Below are positions 30,384-39,026 of a stretch of DNA of 64,000 nt, in pieces. How positions within the stretch are numbered: the stretch's first letter is position 1; every line of letters starts with the position of its first letter. A program made the translations under genes and the position numbers. The notes below the pieces were generated by a model. That model was given only the letters and a program-made list of their open reading frames with translations. It made no database searches and was not told the origin of the DNA. Source of the DNA: an uncultured bacterium (lineage in GTDB: Bacteria > Krumholzibacteriota > Krumholzibacteriia > Krumholzibacteriales > Krumholzibacteriaceae); assembly GCA_963747385.1 (NCBI GenBank), contig CAVVEY010000006.1, positions 88,118 through 152,117 on the forward strand, given 5' to 3'.

Positions 30384-30464
30384 ATGATCAAGGTTCTGAT
30401 ATTTCTCGCGGTATGGATCGTCGTCATGAAGCTCGTCCTCCCCCGGCTCGGCGTGCCCACCTGA
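30384..30464 (+). CDS. 26-aa single-TM peptide, possibly extended through UGA to 30539 (51 aa)
   Basis: MIKVLIFLAVWIVVMKLVLPRLGVPT-TGA-MSQTCGTGDRSEKNEHETDAETRK-TGA. Not in the ORF track. A 7-bp GC hairpin lies at 30481-30497. Confidence 0.4.
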   Translation: MIKVLIFLAVWIVVMKLVLPRLGVPT

Positions 30465-30544
30465 ATGTCGCAGACGTGCGGGACCGGGGACCGGTCCGAG
30501 AAGAACGAGCACGAAACAGACGCCGAAACAAGGAAGTGAGCCCG

Positions 30545-30730
30545 ATGCCCATATTCGAATACGAATGCGAAAAATGCGGCAGGCTCTTCGAGGAGCTCGT
30601 CATGAGCGCGGCCCAGGAGGTCGCGTGCCCCTCGTGCGGTTCCGCCGACATCGAGAAGCTCATCTCCCGGATCGCGAAAACATGCGGCGGGTGCGCCTCG
30701 TCGGGAGGCGCTTCCTGCGGCCCCACCTGA
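30545..30730 (+). CDS. FmdB-family zinc-ribbon protein
   Basis: MPIFEYECEKCGRLFEELV...ACPSCGS (CxxC...CxxC) with a Cys/Gly-rich tail. The RBS is AAGGAAG. Confidence 0.75.
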   Translation: MPIFEYECEKCGRLFEELVMSAAQEVACPSCGSADIEKLISRIAKTCGGCASSGGASCGPT

Positions 30731-30770
30731 GGAGGCTGCTGAAGCGGCGGTCGGCCGCATGCGGAAACAC

Positions 30771-30810
30771 GAAGCCCGGGAGAACGGCGATTCTCCCGGG
30801 CTTCTATTTT
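30771..30810. terminator. strong, probably bidirectional intrinsic terminator
   Basis: Perfect 14-bp stem GAAGCCCGGGAGAA/TTCTCCCGGGCTTC with a 6-nt loop, followed by TATTTTT on the plus strand. It abuts the 3' end of tRNA-Glu on the minus strand. Confidence 0.75.
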
Positions 30811-30885
30811 TGGTAGCCCCTAGGGGAGTCGAACCCCTGATTCTTGGCTGAGAACCAAGCGTCCTGACCACTAGACTAAGGGGCC
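30811..30885 (-). tRNA. tRNA-Glu (anticodon CUC)
   Basis: Manual cloverleaf: GGCCCCT..., anticodon stem CTTGG/CCAAG with loop TT-CTC-AG, T arm AGGGG-TTCGACT-CCCCT, encoded CCA. Confidence 0.9.
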
Positions 30886-30897
30886 ACCCTGTCGTTC

Positions 30898-30971
30898 TGG
30901 CTGGGGAGGAAGGAGTCGAACCCTCATTAACTGATCCAGAGTCAGGTGTCCTGCCATTAGACCACTCCCCA
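30898..30971 (-). tRNA. tRNA-Gln (anticodon CUG)
   Basis: Manual cloverleaf: U1-A72 acceptor TGGGGAG/CTCCCCA, anticodon loop CT-CTG-GA, T arm GAGGG-TTCGACT-CCTTC, discriminator G, encoded CCA. Confidence 0.85.
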
Positions 30972-30982
30972 ATAGCTTAGAG

Positions 30983-31011
30983 AAATTAAGAAATACGCCG
31001 CAAGAAATCAA
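30983..31011 (-). promoter_or_regulatory. putative promoter for the tRNA-Gln/tRNA-Glu pair (TTGATT-17-TAATTT)
   Basis: Minus-strand -35 at 31011-31006 and -10 at 30988-30983, about 12 nt before the tRNA-Gln 5' end. Confidence 0.4.
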
Positions 31012-31088
31012 CCCCTCTTTTTCGCGCCCGGATCCGGCATCCCTCCCGCGGGAGGGCCGCGCCGCCCCGCCGGGCGGCGGATCGGCGC

Positions 31089-32679
31089 CTACGATCCGGG
31101 AATACCCTTCGCGCCGAGCGCCGAAACCGAGCGAAGCCGCTCGATCGTTTTGGCCTTTCCAAGTAGAACGATGACCCAGAAGATATCCGGCGACACCGTC
31201 TTGCCGGTAAGGGCGACCCGGCTCGGATGGATGAGCTCTCCCGCCTCGATCGTGAGGCGGTCGGCGAGGCCCCGGAGCGTTTCCTCGACCGAAGCGCGAT
31301 CGAAATACTGGAGCTTCTCGAATTCGTCGGCGAGCGCCGAGAGCCGCGAGGAAGCTTCCTTCGTCATGAGATGGTTGCTCACCGCCGCTTCGTCCCGCGT
31401 GTAATCGTCCCGGTAGAAATAGCCCATGAGATCGGGAACGTCCTTGAGAAGCTTGAGCCTGTTTCCCAGGGTCTCGATGATGAGCGCGAGGCGCGGGATC
31501 TCTCGCGCATAGGCGCGGCTTCCCGCGTCGGGCGCCTCGGCCCGCACCGGTTCCTTCCCCGGCACGAGCTTGAGATCGACGGGACGGGAAAGATCGACTT
31601 CGAACGACGGCGGCACAAGCCCTTCCTCCTCGAGAACGCCGTACACGAGCTCCGCCTTCGCCGCCGGAGGCAGCGTCTTGAAATGCTCCGCGTTGATCCA
31701 TTCCATCTTGGCGAGATCGAAAACAGCCGGGTTGCTCGAAACCCTCTTGAGAGAGAAAGCCTCCACGAGCGCCTTGAGGGTGAAGAGCTCGCGCGTGCCG
31801 TCGAGCGACCAGCCGAGGAGCGCGAGGTAGTTGACCATCGCCTCGCTCAGGTAGTGCTGTTCGCGGTACGAATCGACCGAGGTCGCGCCGTGGCGCTTGC
31901 TGAGCCTCGTCTTGTCGTGACCGAGAATCATCGGAAGGTGCGCGAACTTAGGCGCACGGTATCCGAGCGCGTTGAAGAGATGCACCTGCCGCGGCGTATT
32001 GGAGATATGATCGTCGCCGCGGATCACGTGGCTGATCTTCATATGGCCGTCGTCGACGACGACGGCGTAGTTGTAGGTCGGCCGTCCGTCGCTCTTTGAT
32101 GAGGACGAAATCGTCGAGATCCGCGTTCGCGAAGGTGAAATCGCCCCTGACGACGTCGCGGAAACGCACGTCCCCTTCGAGGGGCATCCTGAACCTGACG
32201 ACGAACGGAAGGCCGCGCGCGAGCTTCTCGTCGATCTCGGACGGATTCAGATCGCGGCACGTGAGCGTGTACTTCGGGGGAAGCTTCTTCGCCTCCTGCT
32301 CGACCCGCGCCGCGTCGAGCTCCCCGGTCGTGCAGAAGCAGCGGTAGACTTTTCCCTCGCGCATGAGCCGCTCGATTTCGGAATGGTAGAGAACGCCGCG
32401 CGCCGATTGCACGTACGGCCCATACTCGCCGCCGACGTCGGGGCCCTCGTCCCATTCGAGCCCGAGCCACCTGAGTCCGCGCAGGATGCCCTCGTACGAC
32501 TCGCGCGTCGAACGCGCCGCGTCGGTATCCTCGATGCGGAGCACGAAGACGCCCTGATTCCTGCGGGCGTAGAGGAAGTTGTAGAGCGCGGTCCGCGCCC
32601 CGCCGACGTGGAGATGCCCCGTCGGGCTCGGCGCGAAACGCACCCGGATCGTATCGTCGTTCTTTTCGATCAGACTCAT
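31089..32679 (-). CDS. gltX: glutamyl-tRNA synthetase, frameshifted in assembly
   Basis: N-terminal ORF (RFAPSPTGHLHVGGARTALYN...) and C-terminal ORF (MKISHVIRGDDHISNTPRQ...KLSKRHG). They join as DFVLIK|SDGRPTYNYAVVVDDGHMKISHVIRG when one T of the TTT run at 32095-32097 (plus strand) is removed. Confidence 0.9.
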
Positions 32680-32700
32680 CGCACTCCCGTCGCGAAGCGG

Positions 32701-33556
32701 CTACCGGTCGATCCGTATCCTGTCGATGAGCGTTCCATATTCGACGCCGAACGCATCCCGGCTCGCCTGATCGAGCGTTTTGCCTTCACCGAGCCGGTCG
32801 AGGAAGGAGAGGACCTTCTCCATCGAATGATCCTCGAGAAGGTTCTCGAGCATCCGGCAGGCGGAATAGTACGCGATCCGCGAATCCCCGCGGTTCGTTC
32901 CCTCGGCGATCGCGCGTTCGATCGCATCGGGGGAGGGATTCATGTTTCGCCCTTCGTACTGGAACTCGGGCTGCTGGATCCTGAGAATCTCCATTTCGCC
33001 GGCGATACGCACGGCGAGAGCCTCCTTGAGCCAGTATGGAGACGTCCCCCCCGACCGGCGATCGATCGCGACCTGCGCGATGCGATTGACGATGCCCTGC
33101 TCGCCGATCATGCGTTTGATCATGATGTCGAAGGGCTCGAAGATAATCGTGTCTCCCTTGACGAAACCGTAGTACCACCATTCCTTGCGCGTCATGAGAA
33201 GATATTCGTCGAGGTCGGCCGTTCCGATGAGGACGATCTTCCCGGCGGCGGGACGACCGATCTCCTTCGTGACCTTCTCGTAGCCTGTCTTGGCGAAACC
33301 GAACACTCTCACCGCGACGTATCGACCGACCTCGGAGGCGGGATAGCGAACCTCGATCTGCGCGTTCGCCATGACGCCTCCGTTGACGACGTGGTACTCG
33401 TCGACGGTGAGATGATATCCCTCGATGGGAGCGAGAAGGGAATCGGGCACACGGAACGCTTCCTGGCTCTCCTTCGTTGTCCTTCGCGCCCTTTCCGCAG
33501 CCGAAAACGACGAGGAGCGCGCTCAGCGCCGCGACCAGGCTCACCTTTCGCATCAT
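32701..33556 (-). CDS. hypothetical lipoprotein, frameshifted in assembly
   Basis: Lipoprotein signal MMRKVSLVAALSALLVVFGC (the ATG overlaps the ilvC stop as ATGA). A +1 shift at about 33455 leads into the 249-aa ORF 32701..33450. No family recognised. Confidence 0.5.
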
Positions 33557-34566
33557 GATCCTTTCTTCGGGCGTTCGCCCGATGCGCGCGAGGGTTCCGA
33601 CCTCGCGCGAACCTCCGTGCCGACCTTTTCGATGAGAAGCCCTCGTTCCTTTTCCCGCAGCTTCAGGAATTCCTTGCAGCCGGCCCGATTCTCGTCGAGC
33701 CAGATCTTCGCGAACGCGCCGCTCTCGATTCGATCGTAGAGCTCTTCCATTTTCTTCTCGACGTCGTCCCCGATGAGATCCTCGCCGAACGCGAGGCTTC
33801 CGTATGCGGCCGTGCCGCTGATGACGTCCCGCATGCCCGAGAGGCCGAGACGGGAAAAAAGATCGACGATGATCTTCACCTCGTGAAAGCACTCGAAATA
33901 CGCGACCTCGGGGCTGTGCCCCTTCTTCACGAGCACGTCGAAGGCGCGCTTCATGAGGGCGCTTACGCCGCCGCAGAGCACGGCCTGCTCGCCGAAGATA
34001 TCGCTCACGGCCTCTTCCCGGAAGCTCGTTTCGTACGCGCCGACCCGGAGACACCCGAGCGCCCCCGCGACGGCGAGCGCGATTCTCTTCGCGTCGCCCG
34101 ACGCGTCGTGCCCGATACCGACGAAGCACGGAAGTCCGGTTCCTTCGAGGTACGTCTCGCGGAGCTTCCCTCCCTGCCCTTTCGGCGCGACGAGGAGCAG
34201 ATCGAATTTCTCTCCCTCGATCCCGCCGAAAGCGACGGAAAAACCGTGCGCGAAGCACAGGGCGGCGCCGGGCCTGAGAGCGTCCCGGATTTCATTGTCG
34301 TAGATCTCTCCCTGGACCTCGTCCGGGAGCAGCATCATGAGAATATCCGCCCGCCGGGCCGCTTCGGCGACGGCCATGACCGCAAATCCGTCATCCTGCG
34401 CGCGCATCCAGCCGCGCCCCCCATCCCGGGCGCCGACGATGACGGCGCAGCCGCTATCGCGGAGATTCAGCGCCTGCGGACGTCCCTGGTTGCCGTATCC
34501 GGCGACGGCTAACGTCTTCCCCGAGAGGACGCCGCGGTCGGCATCTCTTTCCATATATATATTCAT
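33553..34566 (-). CDS. ilvC: ketol-acid reductoisomerase (class I)
   Basis: MNIYMERDADRGVLSGKTLAVAGYGNQGRPQALNLRDSG...LLPDE...FAHGF...GEQAVLCGG. An RBS ACGGAG precedes the ATG at 34566. Confidence 0.9.
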   Translation of the reverse strand: MNIYMERDADRGVLSGKTLAVAGYGNQGRPQALNLRDSGCAVIVGARDGGRGWMRAQDDGFAVMAVAEAARRADILMMLLPDEVQGEIYDNEIRDALRPGAALCFAHGFSVAFGGIEGEKFDLLLVAPKGQGGKLRETYLEGTGLPCFVGIGHDASGDAKRIALAVAGALGCLRVGAYETSFREEAVSDIFGEQAVLCGGVSALMKRAFDVLVKKGHSPEVAYFECFHEVKIIVDLFSRLGLSGMRDVISGTAAYGSLAFGEDLIGDDVEKKMEELYDRIESGAFAKIWLDENRAGCKEFLKLREKERGLLIEKVGTEVRARSEPSRASGERPKKGS

Positions 34567-34701
34567 GCGACGCTCCGTTTGCATCTCTCGAATAAGTAAC
34601 TATTTATAACAGAATGGAGAAACCGTGGCAAGGCCCTTGTCGAAAAGGAGCCGAGGATCGCCAGACCGGAGCGCTGTCGGCCGGGGCGCCGAGCTTTTCC
34701 A

Positions 34702-34730
34702 TTGACAGGGGCGATTTTTCGCCTTAATTT
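34702..34730 (+). promoter_or_regulatory. sigma-70-type promoter TTGACA-17-TAATTT
   Basis: -35 at 34702-34707 and -10 at 34725-34730, about 11 nt before the tRNA 5' end. Confidence 0.55.
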
Positions 34731-34741
34731 GGTGCGGACGT

Positions 34742-34817
34742 GGCGGTGTAGCTCAGCTGGTAGAGCAGGAGAATCATAATCTCTGTGTCCGGGGTTCGAG
34801 TCCCTGCACCGCCACCA
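34742..34817 (+). tRNA. tRNA with CAU anticodon (elongator Met or Ile2, not initiator)
   Basis: Manual cloverleaf: GGCGGTG/CACCGCC acceptor (G1-C72), anticodon stem GGAGA/TCTCT with loop AT-CAT-AA, T arm CGGGG-TTCGAGT-CCCTG, encoded CCA. It lacks the three G-C pairs of an initiator anticodon stem. Confidence 0.85.
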
Positions 34818-34865
34818 GATTTATATTCAGACCCTTACGCTCCACATCTCAAAGTCCGCATTAAG

Positions 34866-36249
34866 ATGAGCTGCATCGAAAAGGTCAGGGATTACGTCCG
34901 CGCCCGCGGGATGATCGCGCCCGGCACACGGGTGCTTGCGGCGGTTTCGGGCGGATCCGATTCGATGGCGCTCATGACGATACTTTCGGAGCTTTCGGCC
35001 GAAATGCGCATCGAGCTCGCTGCGGCTCATTTCGACCACGGAATCCGTGCCGAGGCGGGCCGCGAGCGCGCGCTCGTCCGGCGCGCGGCGGGCAAGCTTG
35101 AAATTCCCCTGTTTTTCGGCTCGGGAGACGTTCCCGCCGAGGCGCGCCGCACGAAGAAAGGGATCGAGGAAACGGCGAGACTCCTCAGATACCGTTTTCT
35201 CGAAGAGACGGCGCGCGCCTGGGACGCCGGCTCCGTCGCGCTCGGACACAACCGGGACGACCAGGTCGAAACGATACTCCATCACATCATCAGGGGCTCG
35301 GGATGGCGGGGCCTCCAGGGAATCCCCCCGCGGCGAGGGATCTTCGTGAGACCGCTCCTCGCGTGCAGCCGCGCGGAGCTCAAAGCGCACGTCAGGAGCC
35401 GCCGTGTCCCCTACGCGCTCGACCGGAGCAACCTCGACAACCGGTTCCTCCGCAACAGAATCAGAAACCGGCTCCTCCCCTATCTGGAAAGGGACTACAA
35501 CCCCGCGGCGGCGGAAGCGCTGCTCCGTCTCGGGGAGAATCTCGCCGAGGGATGGGAGGCGCTCGAGAAGCCGCTTCACAAGCTCGTTCCTCGCGCGCGC
35601 GCGCGGGAGAGAGGTCGCTCTTCCGATCGCGAGAATCTCCGGTCTCACCGATTTCCAGCTCTACCTCCTCGTCGATCTCGTGCTGCGCGAGCGCTTCGGC
35701 GTGCTCCAGGACGTCGAGAGAACGCACTTCGACGCGGCCAAGCGCCTCATCCGTTCGGGACGCTCGGGCAAAGCGGTTCATTTCCCGCACGGGATCGTCG
35801 CCCGGCTCGAGCACGGGAACCTGGCGGTGTCGAGAAGCGGCGCTCCCCCCGCGGCCGCCGGCGAGGTGATCATCGCCGGTCCCGGCACGTATCCGCTCCC
35901 CTGGTGGAATCTCTCGGCGGCGGTCGAGAGAGTGAACGCGCGACGCGTCGATCCGAAGGGAGGCGCCGCGGAGGCCTGTTTCGCGGGCGTCGCCTTTCCC
36001 GTGCGCGTCAGGGGAAAGAGGCCGGGCGACCGCTTCGTCCCGTTCGGCATGAAGGGCGGAAAGAAGCTGAGCGACATGTTTATCGATCGAAAGGTGCCGC
36101 TCTCGCGGCGCGGCGCGATCCCCGTGTTCGAGGACGCCCTGGGCGTATTCTGGGTCCCGGGAGTCGCGGCGGCCGAGCGGACGAGGATCGTCCCCGAAAC
36201 GCGGGGAGCGCTGCGCATAAAACTTTTTAAGGGTTCCGGCAAAAAGTGA
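34866..36249 (+). CDS. tilS: tRNA(Ile)-lysidine synthetase, frameshifted in assembly
   Basis: PP-loop motif VLAAVSGGSDSMAL, plus HFDHGIR and GHNRDDQVETIL. A +1 shift at about 35590 leads into the C-terminal part (...RPGDRFVPFGMKGGKKLSDMFIDRKVP). Confidence 0.85.
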
Positions 36250-36302
36250 TGGCCGCGCGAGGCGGTTGTGATACACTTCGCTGATGAAGGCGGGTATCTT
36301 CG

Positions 36303-36899
36303 GTGGATTGCGTACGGAAAGGCCGCGCTGTGCAAATCGGCAGGGTGCTCATAACGCGGGAAGAGATCGAGACGCGCGTCCGCGAGATCGGGGGCCAGAT
36401 CTCCGCGGATTACGCGGACAAGAATCCCGTTCTCATCAGCCTCCTCAAGGGAGGCTTTATTTTTCTCGCCGATCTCGTCCGTTCTATCACGATTCCCCAT
36501 GAAGTCGACTTCATCACCGTCCACAGCTATCGCGACGGAATCACGAGAAGCGAACGGGTCGAGATACTGAGCGATCTCAAACGGAGCGTGAGCGATCGCG
36601 ACGTCATCATCATCGAAGGGATCGTCGACACCGGCCACACGCTCTCGTTTCTCGGGCGGATGCTCGAAGACCGCCTCGTGCGCAGCCTGCGCGTCTGCAC
36701 GCTCCTCGACAAACCTTCGTGCCGGGAAATCAAGGTGCCCGTCGATTACGTCGGATTCAAGGTACCCGACGTTTTCGTCGTCGGTTACGGTCTCGATTTT
36801 ATGGAGCGATTCCGGAATCTCGCCTACATCGCCGAGCTCACGAGCGCGCCGGTCGAGCCGGAAGGGAAGGAATCGGGCACGGCCGCCGGAGCGAAATAG
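36303..36899 (+). CDS. hpt: hypoxanthine phosphoribosyltransferase
   Basis: LISLLKGGFIFLADL, DVIIIEGIVDTGHTL, DYVGF...FVVGYGLD. An alternative GTG start lies at 36330. Confidence 0.85.
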   Translation: MDCVRKGRAVQIGRVLITREEIETRVREIGGQISADYADKNPVLISLLKGGFIFLADLVRSITIPHEVDFITVHSYRDGITRSERVEILSDLKRSVSDRDVIIIEGIVDTGHTLSFLGRMLEDRLVRSLRVCTLLDKPSCREIKVPVDYVGFKVPDVFVVGYGLDFMERFRNLAYIAELTSAPVEPEGKESGTAAGAK

Positions 36900-36944
36900 A
36901 ATCCCTGTTGTGGACAAAATCCGGGTTTTTCGTTATTTTCCGGA

Positions 36945-38975
36945 TTGAACCGGAAACGGATCGATATGGCGCAAAACCGTCAGAATAAGAACAAATCACG
37001 CAAGGAACAGCAGATGCAGAAAAAATGGCCTCCTTCCAGCCCCCTGCCGGGCCCCCAGCGGACGTCCCGATCGATGGCGCTCTGGGTCATGGTGCTCATC
37101 ATCATGTTCATGGCGTACCTCATGTTCAACACGAACAAGGAACGGGAATGGACGCTCACCTACACCCAGTTCGTCAAGCAGATCGAGAAAGGCAACGTGT
37201 CTCGCCTGAAAATCAAGGGGCTCGAGCTCAAGGGCAAGCTCGTCAGCGAGATCGTGATCCCCATGGGGGACGGTGACGCCACCATCTCGAGCTTCCGCGT
37301 CATTCTCCCGGCCGAAGACAAGGACCTGCCGGACAAGATCTGGGCGAAGAATCCCGACGCCCAGATCGAGGCGGAATTCCCGGGAGGCAGCGCCTGGACG
37401 AAGGCGCTCTTCGCGGCGCTCCCCCTCCTCGCGCTCTTCGTTCTCTGGATCGTCCTCATGCGCCAGATGCAGTCCGGAGGCAACAAGGCGTTTTCGTTCG
37501 GCAAGAGCAAGGCGAAGATGATCGACGCCGGCCTGCCTCGCGTGACCTTCGCCGACGTCGCCGGCGCCGACGAAGCGAAGGAGGAGCTCCAGGAAATCAT
37601 CGAATTCCTGCGCGAGCCGAAGAAATTCCAGAAGCTCGGGGGGCGGATTCCGAAGGGAGTCATCCTCCTCGGACCGCCCGGCACCGGCAAGACCCTTCTC
37701 GCGAAGGCGGTCGCCGGAGAGGCGGGCGTGCCGTTCTTCAGCATGAGCGGTTCCGATTTCGTCGAGATGTTCGTGGGCGTCGGCGCGAGCCGCGTGCGCG
37801 ACCTGTTCGACAAGGGCAAGAAGCACGCGCCGTGCATTCTCTTCATCGACGAGCTCGACGCGGTGGGCCGCCACCGCGGCGCGGGGCTCGGCGGCGGACA
37901 CGACGAGCGCGAGCAGACGCTGAACCAGCTCCTCGTCGAGATGGACGGTTTCGAGACGAACGAGGGAGTCATTCTCCTCGCCGCGACGAACAGACCGGAC
38001 GTGCTCGATCCGGCGCTGCTGCGGCCCGGGCGCTTCGACCGGCGCATCGTCGTCGACATGCCCGATCTGAGGGGACGTCTCGGCATATTCAAGGTGCACA
38101 CGCGCAAGGTGCCGCTCGCCGACGACGTCGATCTCGACACGCTCGCGCGCGGAACGCCCGGCTTCTCGGGCGCCGACATCGCCAATATGGTCAACGAGGC
38201 GGCGCTCCTCGCCGCGCGGCGCGACCGTGACAAGGTCATGATGGAGGATTTCGACGAGTCGAAGGACAAGGTCATGCTCGGGCCCGAGCGCAAGAGCCAC
38301 ATCATGAAAGAGGACGAGCGGCGGATGAGCGCGTACCACGAGGCGGGACACGCCGTCGTCGGCATGCACCTCGAGCACGCCGATCCGCTCCACAAGGTGA
38401 GCATCATACCGCGGGGAAGAACGGGCGGGGTCACTTCGTTTCTTCCGACGGACGACCGGCACGAGGTCTCGCGGGAGTGGTGCATCGATTTCATCACGAT
38501 ATCGCTCGGCGGACGCGTCGCCGAGGAGCTCGTTCTCAACCGGATCGGGACGGGGGCGCAGGAGGACATCAAGCAGGCCTCGCGCCTCGTCCGCAAAATG
38601 GTCATGCAGTGGGGCATGAGCAGCAAAATGGGACCGATCGCATACGGCGACCATGACGAGCAGATCTTCCTCGGCAAGGAGATCGCCGTGCGGCGCGACT
38701 ACAGCGAAGACACGGCGCGCGAGATCGACAACGAGGTGCGCACGCTCATGAGCGAATGCCACGAGCGGGCCCGGCACCTTCTCGCGGAGCACAAGGAGGA
38801 TCTCCACAAGGTCGCCGCCGCGCTCCTCGAACGGGAATCGCTCGACGCGGAGGATATCAAGATCCTGCTCAACGACGGGATCCTGCCGCCGCTCAAGAAG
38901 AATTCGGCGAATAACGGCGGCGCGGCGAAACCCGCCGCTGACGCCGGGGAGCCGGGCGGACAGGCCCTCGCGTAG
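36945..38975 (+). CDS. ftsH: ATP-dependent zinc metalloprotease FtsH
   Basis: 676-aa intact ORF: [56 protein letters not shown]. An alternative ATG lies at 36966. Confidence 0.95.
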   Translation: MNRKRIDMAQNRQNKNKSRKEQQMQKKWPPSSPLPGPQRTSRSMALWVMVLIIMFMAYLMFNTNKEREWTLTYTQFVKQIEKGNVSRLKIKGLELKGKLVSEIVIPMGDGDATISSFRVILPAEDKDLPDKIWAKNPDAQIEAEFPGGSAWTKALFAALPLLALFVLWIVLMRQMQSGGNKAFSFGKSKAKMIDAGLPRVTFADVAGADEAKEELQEIIEFLREPKKFQKLGGRIPKGVILLGPPGTGKTLLAKAVAGEAGVPFFSMSGSDFVEMFVGVGASRVRDLFDKGKKHAPCILFIDELDAVGRHRGAGLGGGHDEREQTLNQLLVEMDGFETNEGVILLAATNRPDVLDPALLRPGRFDRRIVVDMPDLRGRLGIFKVHTRKVPLADDVDLDTLARGTPGFSGADIANMVNEAALLAARRDRDKVMMEDFDESKDKVMLGPERKSHIMKEDERRMSAYHEAGHAVVGMHLEHADPLHKVSIIPRGRTGGVTSFLPTDDRHEVSREWCIDFITISLGGRVAEELVLNRIGTGAQEDIKQASRLVRKMVMQWGMSSKMGPIAYGDHDEQIFLGKEIAVRRDYSEDTAREIDNEVRTLMSECHERARHLLAEHKEDLHKVAAALLERESLDAEDIKILLNDGILPPLKKNSANNGGAAKPAADAGEPGGQALA

Positions 38976-39026
38976 CTCCCGGCGCGGAACGATCCCACGG
39001 CATCCTGCCCGGGCACGTAGTGAAAT

